Positions 41,932 to 50,216 of a DNA stretch of 64,000 bases are shown piece after piece. The position numbers and the translations under genes were made by a program. The notes below the pieces were generated by a model. The model saw only the letters and a program-made list of their open reading frames with translations. It was not told where the DNA came from and did not search any database. This DNA is from Thermoanaerobaculia bacterium. Lineage in GTDB: Bacteria; Acidobacteriota; Thermoanaerobaculia; Multivoradales; JAGPDF01. The number at the start of each line of letters is the position of its first letter. Position 1 is the stretch's first letter. The stretch is taken from contig DASWJT010000008.1 in NCBI GenBank assembly GCA_036397015.1, forward strand, positions 21,074 to 85,073, read 5' to 3'.

Positions 41932-42752
41932 GCGCGCGCGTTCACTCCCTGGCGGCGGTCGATCCGTCGGCGCGCCTCGCCGACGACGTCGTCGTCGGAG
42001 CGTTCGCCGTCGTCGGCGCCGAGGTCGAGATCGGCGCCGGGACGGAGATCGGCGCCGGAGCGCAGGTGCACGGGCCGACGCGCATCGGCCGCGACAACCA
42101 CATCCATCCCCATGCCTGCGTCGGCACCGACCCGCAGGATCTCAAGTATCGCGGCGAGCGGGCGTCGCTCGAGATCGGCGACCGCAACCAGATCCGCGAA
42201 TTCACCACCATCCACCGCGGCACCGGCCACGGCGGCGGCGTGACGCGCATCGGCGACGACAACCTGCTCATGGTCTATTCGCACGTCGCCCACGACTGCC
42301 AGGTGGGGAGCCGGACGATCTTCGCCAACAACGCGACCCTCGCCGGCCACTGCGAGGTACACGACGACGCCACCGTCGGCGCCTTCTCGGCCATCCAGCC
42401 GTTCGGTCGCATCGGCCGGCACGCCTATGTCGGCGGCTACACGCGGCTGCTCAACGACGCCCTGCCGTTCGTCAAGACGAGCGGCCTGCGGCCGGTGGTG
42501 TTGGGGGTCAATCGCATCGGCATGCAACGCAAGGGATTCGACGAGGCGCGCGTGCGCGCGGTCTCCGCCGCGATGCGGATCCTCCTGCGCTCGGGCCTCA
42601 ATACCGGGCAGGCGATCGAGCGCATCGCTGCCGAGATGCCCGACAACGAGGACATCGCGTACCTCGTGGAGTTCGTGCGCTCGGCGCGACGGGGCGTGAT
42701 CCGCTCGCGACCGGGCGGGCGCGGGAGCGAGGACGACGTTGCCGCCGACTGA
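41928..42752 (+). CDS. lpxA: Acyl-ACP--UDP-N-acetylglucosamine O-acyltransferase
   Basis: ATG 41928 overlaps the fabZ stop (ATGA). It has hexapeptide repeats, ...GTDPQDLKYRGE...IHRGT...VAHDC..., and a helical C-terminus. Confidence 0.92.
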   Translation: MSARVHSLAAVDPSARLADDVVVGAFAVVGAEVEIGAGTEIGAGAQVHGPTRIGRDNHIHPHACVGTDPQDLKYRGERASLEIGDRNQIREFTTIHRGTGHGGGVTRIGDDNLLMVYSHVAHDCQVGSRTIFANNATLAGHCEVHDDATVGAFSAIQPFGRIGRHAYVGGYTRLLNDALPFVKTSGLRPVVLGVNRIGMQRKGFDEARVRAVSAAMRILLRSGLNTGQAIERIAAEMPDNEDIAYLVEFVRSARRGVIRSRPGGRGSEDDVAAD

Positions 42753-43677
42753 GCTGCGCTGCGGCGTCTTCGGAGCCGGCGCCCTCGGGCGCCACCACGT
42801 GCGGCTCCTCGACGACCTGGCGGGAGCCGAGCGGGTCGGGCTCTACGATCCCGATCCGGGCGTGGCCCGGGCCGTGGCCGAGGAGTACGGTGCACGCGAG
42901 TTCACCGGCTTCGACTCCCTCGTTGCGGCGATCGACGCCGCGATCGTCGCCGCGCCGACGGTCAGTCATCGCGAGCTCGCCTGTGAGCTCTTGGCGCGCG
43001 GCGTGCACGTGCTGGTCGAGAAGCCGATCGCGACGAGCGCCGAAGAGGCCGACGCGATGATCGCCGCAGCCCGCGCCGCCGGCCGCGTGCTGGCGGTCGG
43101 CCACGTCGAGTTCCACAATCCGGCGGTGGCGTCGCTCCTCGCCGTCGGCGGCTCGCCGCGCTTCGTCGAGGTGGAGCGCCTCGGGGTCTTCTCGCCCCGC
43201 AGCCTCGACATCGACGTCGTCGCAGACCTCATGATCCACGACCTGCAGATTCTGCACGCGCTCGACGGATCGGAGCTGGTCGAGGTACGCGCCGTCGGCG
43301 TGCCGGTGCTCTCGGGTCGCGTCGACATCGTCAACGCGCGGCTCGCTTTCGCCTCGGGGATGGTGGCCAACGTGACGGCGTCGCGAGTGTCGAGCGAGCG
43401 CGTCCGCAAGCTGCGCGCCTTCTACCCCGAACGCTACCGCTCGCTCGATTACCAGCAGCAGGAGATCAAGGGGTATCGACTCGACGTGGCGGGGGGCGAG
43501 CGCAAGATCGTCGCCGAGACGATTGCGGTGGAGAAGGGAGAGCCACTGCGGCGCGAGCTCGAGGCTTTCCTCGCCGCCTGCCGCGGCGAGCCGTCACGCT
43601 CGGTTTCGGGCGCCGACGCCCGCCGCGCGCTGGTCACCGCCGCGGCGGTCGCTGCGGCTGCGGCGCCGGCCGGCTGA
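42739..43677 (+). CDS. Gfo/Idh/MocA-family NAD(P)-dependent oxidoreductase (GnnA-like candidate)
   Basis: The 312-aa ORF has a Rossmann motif GVFGAGALGRHH and the EKP motif (VLVEKPIA). It overlaps the lpxA 3' end by 14 nt. Confidence 0.8.
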   Translation: MPPTELRCGVFGAGALGRHHVRLLDDLAGAERVGLYDPDPGVARAVAEEYGAREFTGFDSLVAAIDAAIVAAPTVSHRELACELLARGVHVLVEKPIATSAEEADAMIAAARAAGRVLAVGHVEFHNPAVASLLAVGGSPRFVEVERLGVFSPRSLDIDVVADLMIHDLQILHALDGSELVEVRAVGVPVLSGRVDIVNARLAFASGMVANVTASRVSSERVRKLRAFYPERYRSLDYQQQEIKGYRLDVAGGERKIVAETIAVEKGEPLRRELEAFLAACRGEPSRSVSGADARRALVTAAAVAAAAAPAG

Positions 43678-43698
43678 GGCGGCGGCCTGTGCTAATCT

Positions 43699-43716
43699 GC
43701 GCGCCTCCTGGCGCGC
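43699..43716 (+). terminator. GC-rich hairpin (7-bp perfect stem GCGCGCC/GGCGCGC, 4-nt loop) after the oxidoreductase gene; no U-tract
   Basis: Read directly from ...ctGCGCGCCtcctGGCGCGCga.... The lack of a T-run makes intrinsic-terminator function uncertain. Confidence 0.25.
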
Positions 43717-43768
43717 GACGCCGGGCCCCTGCGGCAAATTCCCCAGCGAGCGCCCCGCGGAGGACGCG

Positions 43769-44659
43769 ATGATCGAAACGCGGATCGGTGTGATCGGAGG
43801 CAGCGGCCTGTACGAGATGGCCGGCCTCGTCGTGCGCGAGGAGCGGCGCATCGAGACGCCGTGGGGCGAGCCGTCCGCCGCCTACGTCGTCGGTGAGCTG
43901 GAGGGCCGGCCGGTGGCGTTCCTGGCCCGCCACGGCCGCGGCCATCGCATCCTGCCGACCGAGCTCAACTTCCGTGCCAATGTCTACGGCTTCAAGAGAC
44001 TGGGAGTCGAATTCCTGATCTCGGTCTCGGCCGTGGGCTCGATGAAGCGAGAGTACGCTCCCGGGGACATCGTCGTTCCCGATCAGTACTTCGACCGCAC
44101 GCGGCACCGCGCCGACACTTTCTTCGGCGGCGGTCTGGTGGCGCACGTCTCGCTGGCGCAGCCGGTCTCGGCTGCGCTCGCCGGCGTCCTGAACGCTGCG
44201 GCGGAAGCAGAGGGTGCGAAGGTGCACCGCGGCGGCACCTACCTCAACATGGAGGGGCCCCAGTTCTCGACCAAGGCCGAGTCGCTGGTCTATCGCCAGT
44301 GGGGCGTCGACGTCATCGGCATGACCAACCTGCAGGAGGCGAAGCTGGCGCGCGAGGCGGAAATCGCCTACGCCTCGCTCGCCATGGTGACCGACTACGA
44401 CTGCTGGCACGAGGAGGAGGCGGCGGTCACCGGGGAAGGCGTGATGGAGGTGCTGCGCAAGAACGTCGCCCTGGCGCAGCGCGTCGTGCGCCGCGCTGTC
44501 GTCGGCCTCGACGGCGTCGCGAACGATTGCGCGAACGCGCTCCACATGTCGCTGATCACGGAAGCGCACTTGGTCCCCGAAGAGACGCTCGCCGCCCTCG
44601 AGCCGATCGTCGGCCGCTATCTCGACCGCTCCGGCGAACGGCTGTCCTGGAAGCGCTGA
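43769..44659 (+). CDS. mtnP: S-methyl-5'-thioadenosine phosphorylase
   Basis: ATG 43769 in ORF 43523..44659 gives MIETRIGVIGGSGLY...FLARHGRGH...NFRANVYGFKRLGV...GPQFSTKAES...GMTNLQEAKLAREAEI. Confidence 0.88.
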   Translation: MIETRIGVIGGSGLYEMAGLVVREERRIETPWGEPSAAYVVGELEGRPVAFLARHGRGHRILPTELNFRANVYGFKRLGVEFLISVSAVGSMKREYAPGDIVVPDQYFDRTRHRADTFFGGGLVAHVSLAQPVSAALAGVLNAAAEAEGAKVHRGGTYLNMEGPQFSTKAESLVYRQWGVDVIGMTNLQEAKLAREAEIAYASLAMVTDYDCWHEEEAAVTGEGVMEVLRKNVALAQRVVRRAVVGLDGVANDCANALHMSLITEAHLVPEETLAALEPIVGRYLDRSGERLSWKR

Positions 44660-44688
44660 GGACGGCGGCCGCGGGCCAGCTGCGTCTC

Positions 44689-45468
44689 GTGAAGCGCATT
44701 CTCGTCACCAACGACGACGGCGTCTACTCCGAGGGCGTCCGGCTCCTCGCCCGCGCGCTCGGCCGCGTCGCGGAGGTGACCGTCGTCGCGCCCGACCGGG
44801 AACAGAGCGCCACCGGCCACAGCCTGACGCTGTCGCGCCCACTCCGCATGCAGCGCTTGGAGGAGAACTGGTACGCCGTCGACGGCACGCCGACCGACTG
44901 CGTGAACTTGGCGGTCCTCTGGCTGCTCAAGGAGAAGCCGCCGGACCTCGTCGTCTCGGGCGTCAACTTCGGGCTCAACGTCGGAGACGACGTCACCTAT
45001 TCGGGCACGGTTTCGGCGACCTTCGAGGGTTCGCTGCTCGACATCCCGTCGATCGCGTTCAGCCAGGAAGTGGCGGAGGGGTTCTCCTTCGCACGCTCCT
45101 GCGCGCTCGCCGCGCGCTTCGTCGAAGAGCTGCTCGCGGTGGCGGATCTGCCGCGGGACCTGCTGCTCAACGTGAACTTTCCCGCCGGCTCGCCGAAGGG
45201 CGTCGTCTTCACGCGGCTCGGCAAGCGCGTCTACCGTCAGTCGGTGGTCGAGAAGACCGATCCCCGTGGCCACAAGTATTTCTGGATTGCGGGCACGCCG
45301 GAGTGGCAGGACGACGAGGGCACCGATCACGAGGCGGTGCAGCGGGGCTTCGTGTCGGTGACGCCGCTGCACCTCGATCTCACCGACTATCGCGGTCTGG
45401 AGTCCTACGGAGCGCTGGCGGCCCGCATGCACCAGCTGACGATCGAGGATCTCGAAGTTGCTGAATGA
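44689..45468 (+). CDS. surE: 5'/3'-nucleotidase SurE
   Basis: An in-frame GTG 44689 in ORF 44299..45468 gives VKRILVTNDDGVYSEGV...GTPTDCV...SGVNFGLNVGDDVTYSGTV. Confidence 0.92.
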   Translation: MKRILVTNDDGVYSEGVRLLARALGRVAEVTVVAPDREQSATGHSLTLSRPLRMQRLEENWYAVDGTPTDCVNLAVLWLLKEKPPDLVVSGVNFGLNVGDDVTYSGTVSATFEGSLLDIPSIAFSQEVAEGFSFARSCALAARFVEELLAVADLPRDLLLNVNFPAGSPKGVVFTRLGKRVYRQSVVEKTDPRGHKYFWIAGTPEWQDDEGTDHEAVQRGFVSVTPLHLDLTDYRGLESYGALAARMHQLTIEDLEVAE

Positions 45469-46120
45469 CACCTTCCTGCGCGAGCGCATGGTGCGCGAGC
45501 TGGTGGAGAAGCGCGGCATTCGCGATGCGCGGGTCCTGGCGGCGATGCGCGAGGTGCCTCGTCACCTCTTCGTACGCGAGAATCTGACGGCGCAGGCGTA
45601 CACCGACCATGCACTACCGATCGGCGAGGCGCAGACGCTGTCGCAGCCGTGGGTCGTCGCCCGCATGACCGAGCTGCTCGACGTCGACGGCGCGCACAAA
45701 GTTCTCGAAATCGGCACCGGCTCGGGCTACCAGACTGCCATCCTGGCGCGCCTGGCACGCTGGGTCTACAGCCTCGAGCGCATCCCCGAGCTCGCCCGTC
45801 GCGCCATCCACCGCCTGCGTCAACTCGGCGTGCCCAACGTCAAGATCCAGGCGTTCGACGGCACCATCGGCTGGAGCGAGGTGGCGCCATTCGACCGCAT
45901 CTTGGTGACCGCGGCGGCGCCGAGCGCGCCGCCGCCGCTCCTCGAGCAGCTCGTTTCGGGCGGCCGGCTGGTCGTGCCGGAAGGTGGGCGCGAGCGCCAG
46001 AGGTTGGTGCTCTACGAGAAGATCGGCAACCGGTCGCGCCGCCGCGAGCTCGACGAGGTGGCATTCGTGCCGCTCATCGGGCGCTTCGCGTGGGAGGCCG
46101 AAGAGGAGGCGCCGAGGTGA
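45458..46120 (+). CDS. pcm: Protein-L-isoaspartate O-methyltransferase
   Basis: The 220-aa ORF contains ...VPRHLFV...LPIGEAQTLSQPWVVARM...VLEIGTGSGYQTAILA. It follows surE, the classical surE-pcm arrangement. Confidence 0.92.
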   Translation: MLNDTFLRERMVRELVEKRGIRDARVLAAMREVPRHLFVRENLTAQAYTDHALPIGEAQTLSQPWVVARMTELLDVDGAHKVLEIGTGSGYQTAILARLARWVYSLERIPELARRAIHRLRQLGVPNVKIQAFDGTIGWSEVAPFDRILVTAAAPSAPPPLLEQLVSGGRLVVPEGGRERQRLVLYEKIGNRSRRRELDEVAFVPLIGRFAWEAEEEAPR

Positions 46121-46380
46121 GGCGGCGCGCCTTTCGGATCACCGGGCGCGTGCAGGGAGTCGGTTTCCGCTACTTCGTGGCGCGTCTCGGCCGCTCGCTC
46201 GGCCTCGCCGGCGCCGTCCGCAACGAGCCGGACGGCGCGGTCGTGGCGATCGTCGCCGACGCCGACGAGGAGACGCTGGAGAGCTTCGGCGCCGGGCTGA
46301 CACGCGGACCGGGCGGAGCGCGCGTCGAGGCCGTCACGCCGGTGGCGGCCGATGACGGCCCCTGGGACCTGACGTTCTGA
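46117..46380 (+). CDS. acyP: Acylphosphatase
   Basis: GTG 46117 overlaps the pcm stop (GTGA). The product reads [21 protein letters not shown]...[11 protein letters not shown]. Confidence 0.85.
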   Translation: MRRRAFRITGRVQGVGFRYFVARLGRSLGLAGAVRNEPDGAVVAIVADADEETLESFGAGLTRGPGGARVEAVTPVAADDGPWDLTF

Positions 46381-46399
46381 TACGAGGGAGAGCGAGACA

Positions 46400-46918
46400 G
46401 TGGACGACCTCAAGCGCTACATCCGCGAGATCCCCGACTTCCCGAAGCCGGGGATCAACTTCTTCGACATCACCACGCTGCTCAAGGATCCGGTCGCGTT
46501 GCGCATGGCCGTCGATCGCTTCGCCTGGCTCTTCGCCGGCGGTCATCGCATCGACAAGGTGGTGGGCATCGAGTCGCGCGGCTTCTGGTTCGCTCCCTCG
46601 CTGGCGTACAGCCTGAACGCTGGCTTCGTGCCGGTGCGCAAGCCGGGCAAGCTGCCGGCGCGCACGGTCAGCGAGAGCTACGAGCTCGAGTACGGCAGCG
46701 ACCGCCTCGAGATGCACGCCGACGCGATCGCGGCGGGGGAACGCGTTCTCATCGCCGACGACGTCATCGCCACCGGCGGCACCGCGCTGGCCACGGCGAA
46801 GATGGTGGAGGGCCTCGGCGGCGTGGTCGCCGGGTTCGGCTTCATCATCGAGCTCACCTTCCTGCCGGGCCGCGGCAGGCTCGCCGGCTACGAGGTCGAG
46901 TCGCTGATTTGCTACTGA
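46400..46918 (+). CDS. apt: Adenine phosphoribosyltransferase
   Basis: The 172-aa ORF contains [18 protein letters not shown]...GIESRGF...[14 protein letters not shown]. Confidence 0.93.
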   Translation: MDDLKRYIREIPDFPKPGINFFDITTLLKDPVALRMAVDRFAWLFAGGHRIDKVVGIESRGFWFAPSLAYSLNAGFVPVRKPGKLPARTVSESYELEYGSDRLEMHADAIAAGERVLIADDVIATGGTALATAKMVEGLGGVVAGFGFIIELTFLPGRGRLAGYEVESLICY

Positions 46919-46942
46919 GCCGCTGCGGTAGACTTCGCGCGG

Positions 46943-47019
46943 GCGGCTGTAGCTCAGCTGGATAGAGCAGGAGCGTCCTAAGCTCTTGGTCGGGGGTTCG
47001 ACTCCTCCCAGCCGCACCA
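46943..47019 (+). tRNA. tRNA-Arg (anticodon CCT), CCA encoded
   Basis: I folded the cloverleaf by hand.
- Acceptor GCGGCTG/CAGCCGC
- D-arm GCTC-AGCTGGATA-GAGC
- Anticodon stem GGAGC/GCTCT with loop GTCCTAA
- T-arm GGGGG-TTCGACT-CCTCC
- Discriminator A followed by CCA. Confidence 0.9.
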
Positions 47020-47062
47020 GCCCGATCTCCCGACAACCAGCAGGCACCACGGATCGACGACG

Positions 47063-47791
47063 ATGACCACTCAGCAGCGGCGCGAAGACTTGAAGCGGAA
47101 CGAGCTCGGCGAGGCGATCGGGGCGGGATTCCATTACGCCGAGGACCACCTCAGGATGCTGCTCTGGGGGGCGGCCGCCCTGGTCGGCGTGGCGCTCCTC
47201 GGCTGGGGCGTCTTCGCCTGGCGCGGTTCGCGCGACGCCGGCGGCAACGCGGCGCTGGGAGCTGCGCTGCGCGTCGCCGCCGCTCCCGTCGTGGCGACCG
47301 GCGCCCGCCCGACCGACGAGGCGTCGCCCAGCTTCCCGACCGCCGCCGCGCGCGACGCGCGGGCCCGGGAGCTGCTCGAGGCCGTCGTCGCCCGCCACGG
47401 CTCGACGTCGGCGGGGGCGGCGGCGCGGCTCTGGCTGGCCGAGTCGGCGCTCGCCGCGGGCGACCGCGCCACCGCCCGCGGCCACTGGGAGGCCTACCTG
47501 GACGCGGCTCCGAACGGCGCTCTCGCCGCCGCCGCGCAGCGCAACCTGTGGGCGCTCGACCGCTCCGAGGGCAGGGCCGAGGCCGCCCTGAGGGCGATCC
47601 AGAGCGATCTCGAGCGCGGCGGCCGTCGGCTGCCGGCGGACCTGCTGCTCTGGGAGATGGCGGTCACGCAGGAGGCGCTGGGCCGCGCCGCCGAGGCCGT
47701 GGCCGCGTACCGCCGCATCGGCGAGGAGCATCCCGGCTCGCCTTTCGCCGACGAGGCTCGCCGGCTCGCCGCGGCGCGAGGGGCGGCCTGA
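47063..47791 (+). CDS. Membrane-anchored TPR-like (YfgM-like) protein
   Basis: The 242-aa ORF has one N-terminal TM segment (LLWGAAALVGVALLGWGVFAW). An Ala-rich helical repeat region follows. The family call is tentative. Confidence 0.55.
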   Translation: MTTQQRREDLKRNELGEAIGAGFHYAEDHLRMLLWGAAALVGVALLGWGVFAWRGSRDAGGNAALGAALRVAAAPVVATGARPTDEASPSFPTAAARDARARELLEAVVARHGSTSAGAAARLWLAESALAAGDRATARGHWEAYLDAAPNGALAAAAQRNLWALDRSEGRAEAALRAIQSDLERGGRRLPADLLLWEMAVTQEALGRAAEAVAAYRRIGEEHPGSPFADEARRLAAARGAA

Positions 47792-49074
47792 GCCGGGCCT
47801 TCCGCATTCTGGCCGCGCTGCGCGCGGGCCGCCGGCTCGCCGGCGAGGATCTCACCTACGTCGCCGCGGGCGCCGCCGACGGTTCGCTCGGCGACGCCGA
47901 GCTCGGCGCTTTCCTCATGGGCGCGGCGATCCGCGGGCTCGACGAGGAGCAGACGCTCGAGCTGACGAGGGCGATGCTCGAATCGGGCGAGAGCTGGCGC
48001 CTGCGCGACGAGTTCCCGCGCCTCGTCGACAAGCATTCGACCGGCGGCGTCGGCGACAGCGTCTCGATCGTGCTGGCGCCGCTGCTCGCCTCGCTCGGCA
48101 TCCCCGTCGCCATGCTCACCGGCCGCGGGCTCGGACACACGGCGGGGACCGCTGACAAGCTCGAGGCCATCCCGGGGATCACGCAGCATCTCGACCGCGA
48201 GCGCGCCGTGCGGCTGCTCCGCGAGACGGGGATGGCCCTCGGCGTGGCGACGAGCGCCGTGGCGCCGGCCGACCGCCGCCTCTACGGGCTGCGCGATCGA
48301 ACGGCGACCGTCGACTCACTGCCGCTGATCGTCGCCAGCATCCTGTCGAAGAAGCTCGCCCTCGGCGCCGCGGCGCTGGTTTTCGACGTCAAGGTGGGCG
48401 ACGCCGCGTTCCTGCCGGAGCTCGCCGCGGCGCGCGAGCTGGCGAGGCGGCTGGTCGGCATCTCGCGCGGCCTCGGCGTCGAGTCCTCGGCGTTGCTGAC
48501 GAGCATGGACGAGCCGCTCGGAGAGTGGGCGGGCCACGCGGCGGAGGTGCGCGAGAGCCTCGAGTGCCTCGCGGGCGCCGGACCGAAAGACACCGTCGAG
48601 GTGACGCTGGCGCTGGCGAGCGAGGCGGCCAGCCTGGTCGGCGTGGAGCTCGGCGCCGGCGAGCTGCGCGCGGCCCTGGCGGACGGACGGGCGGGGGAGA
48701 CTTTCACCCGCTGGGCGGTGGCCCAAGGCGCGGCGGAGGCGTGGTTCGAGCGGCCGGAGCTGCCGCTCGCCCCGGAGGAATCGGTCATCGAGGCGCCGCG
48801 GGCGGGCTACCTCGCCCGCATCGCGACGCGCCGCCTCGGCGAGCTCCTGGGCGCGGCGGGGGCGGCGCGCACGGCGCCCGACGGCGAGCTCGATCGCGGC
48901 GTGGCGCTGCGCACGCGCGTGCGCGTCGGCGATCGCGTGGAGGCGGGCGAGGAGATGGCGCGGATCTACCTGCGGCGCGTCGAGCCGTCGCTGGTGGAGC
49001 AGTTCCGCGCCTGCTACGAGGTGACGGAGGCGCCCGCCCCGAGCTTGCCGCTCGTCCTCGAGCGGGTGGGCTAG
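47788..49074 (+). CDS. deoA: Thymidine/pyrimidine-nucleoside phosphorylase
   Basis: This lies within ORF 47548..49074. It contains ...DKHSTGGVGD...LTGRGLGHTGGTxDKLE-type motif (GRGLGHTAGTADKLEAIPG), LYGLRD...SILSKK. Homology starts about at LSRAFRIL. The only start-like codon there is CTG 47788, which overlaps the upstream stop (CTGA), so the start is uncertain. Confidence 0.85.
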   Translation: MSRAFRILAALRAGRRLAGEDLTYVAAGAADGSLGDAELGAFLMGAAIRGLDEEQTLELTRAMLESGESWRLRDEFPRLVDKHSTGGVGDSVSIVLAPLLASLGIPVAMLTGRGLGHTAGTADKLEAIPGITQHLDRERAVRLLRETGMALGVATSAVAPADRRLYGLRDRTATVDSLPLIVASILSKKLALGAAALVFDVKVGDAAFLPELAAARELARRLVGISRGLGVESSALLTSMDEPLGEWAGHAAEVRESLECLAGAGPKDTVEVTLALASEAASLVGVELGAGELRAALADGRAGETFTRWAVAQGAAEAWFERPELPLAPEESVIEAPRAGYLARIATRRLGELLGAAGAARTAPDGELDRGVALRTRVRVGDRVEAGEEMARIYLRRVEPSLVEQFRACYEVTEAPAPSLPLVLERVG

Positions 49075-49082
49075 AGACCGCC

Positions 49083-50216
49083 TCAGGAGGAGGAGCGGCC
49101 GAAATTCGCCGCCAGTTGCGCGAGGTCGATGCCGTCGATGCGCTCGCTGCCGTCGAAGTCGACCCGGGCGTCGAACCGTGCGTCGCCCTTCTTCGACCCG
49201 AAGGCGACGGCCAACGTGACGAGGTCGGCGCCATCGACGCGGCGATCCTGGTTGACGTCGCCGGTGAGGAATTTCGTCTTCACCGCCGAGAAGCGGACGA
49301 TCCGTTGGTTGCGCCGATTGGGCGGCGATGCGCGATCGCTGACGTCGACGCCGAGCTCGAGGTCGCCTTCCAAGTTGCCGGGGTGGGCCTGCAGCACGGT
49401 GCGCTGCGGATCGCCGCTGACGGTAGTGGCGACGGCGAGGCCGTCGACGAGAATCTTGGGATCGGTCTGGTCGACGCCGGCGAGAGGATCGAAGAGGATC
49501 ACGTAAAGGAGCGAGTCGGAGGGGATCGTGTCGCCGCCGGGCTGCGGAATGCCGAAATTGAAGGCCGGGGCGAGACTGTCGATGCCCTCGATGTAGTCGG
49601 CGAAGATGGCGGCGAGCTCGTCGTAGCCGGCAGCGTTCGGATGGAATTCGTCGAAGGTGAAGTAGTCCTCGAAGGTGTTGGGCAGGTCGTAGAAGGCCTG
49701 ATGCGGATCCGGCATCAGCCAGCCCCTGCTGTAGTGCTCCTCGCGGACCCGTTCGGCGAGGCGGATGCTGTCGAGGAACATCGAGCCGAACGGCGTCGCG
49801 CCCATCGGAGTCGTGGTGGAAAGGTAGACCTTGCCGAATCCCCGTTGACCCGCCTTCGTCTCCATCGCGACGAGGTTGGCGGCAATCGTCTCGATGGAAA
49901 TGTCGTTGAAGAGGTCGTTCGCTCCTTCCATGATGATGATCGAATCCGCCGCCGCGCCCTGGATCGAAGAGAGCCGGGAGAGACCCTCCGCCGTCGTCTC
50001 GCCGCCCAGGCCCTCGTTTTCGACGACGACGGCGTTCGACGAGGTGGTGAGCAGGTCGGCGAGGCGCGGAGGGTAGCCGCCGCCGTCCGATTCGTCGCCC
50101 TTGCCCTCCGTGATGCTGTCGCCGAAGGCGACGAAGCGCTCGTCGGCGCGGGCCGTCGCGGCGCCTGCGAGGACGAGGAGCGAGGCGGCGACGGTCGCCA
50201 TCCATAGCGACTTCAT
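49083..50216 (-). CDS. Secreted SGNH/GDSL hydrolase with C-terminal dockerin-like (two Ca-binding-loop) module
   Basis: ATG 50216 in ORF 49083..50621 gives MKSLWMATVAASLLVLAGAATARA (signal). It has FGDSITEG (block I), GxND (EGANDL), and the C-terminal pair GDVNQDRRVDGADL / DFDGSERIDGIDL. The region is visibly less GC-rich than its neighbours. Confidence 0.8.
   Translation of the reverse strand: MKSLWMATVAASLLVLAGAATARADERFVAFGDSITEGKGDESDGGGYPPRLADLLTTSSNAVVVENEGLGGETTAEGLSRLSSIQGAAADSIIIMEGANDLFNDISIETIAANLVAMETKAGQRGFGKVYLSTTTPMGATPFGSMFLDSIRLAERVREEHYSRGWLMPDPHQAFYDLPNTFEDYFTFDEFHPNAAGYDELAAIFADYIEGIDSLAPAFNFGIPQPGGDTIPSDSLLYVILFDPLAGVDQTDPKILVDGLAVATTVSGDPQRTVLQAHPGNLEGDLELGVDVSDRASPPNRRNQRIVRFSAVKTKFLTGDVNQDRRVDGADLVTLAVAFGSKKGDARFDARVDFDGSERIDGIDLAQLAANFGRSSS

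Noticed and set aside
46943-47800. The tRNA-Arg(CCT) gene as a possible integration site for a genomic island or prophage.
   Set aside because: Neither side has an integrase, a direct repeat of the tRNA 3' end, or a compositional break. The flanking genes (apt, a TPR protein, deoA) are housekeeping genes.
49550-49935. Weak partial matches to the aaRS motif inside the SGNH hydrolase gene: attgaagg near 49558, atggaaat near 49893, and ctccttccatga near 49921.
   Set aside because: Only 7-8 nt of the core match, and the A-rich/T-rich arm and the GGGG flank are absent. The whole gene is AT-richer, so such short matches are expected by chance.
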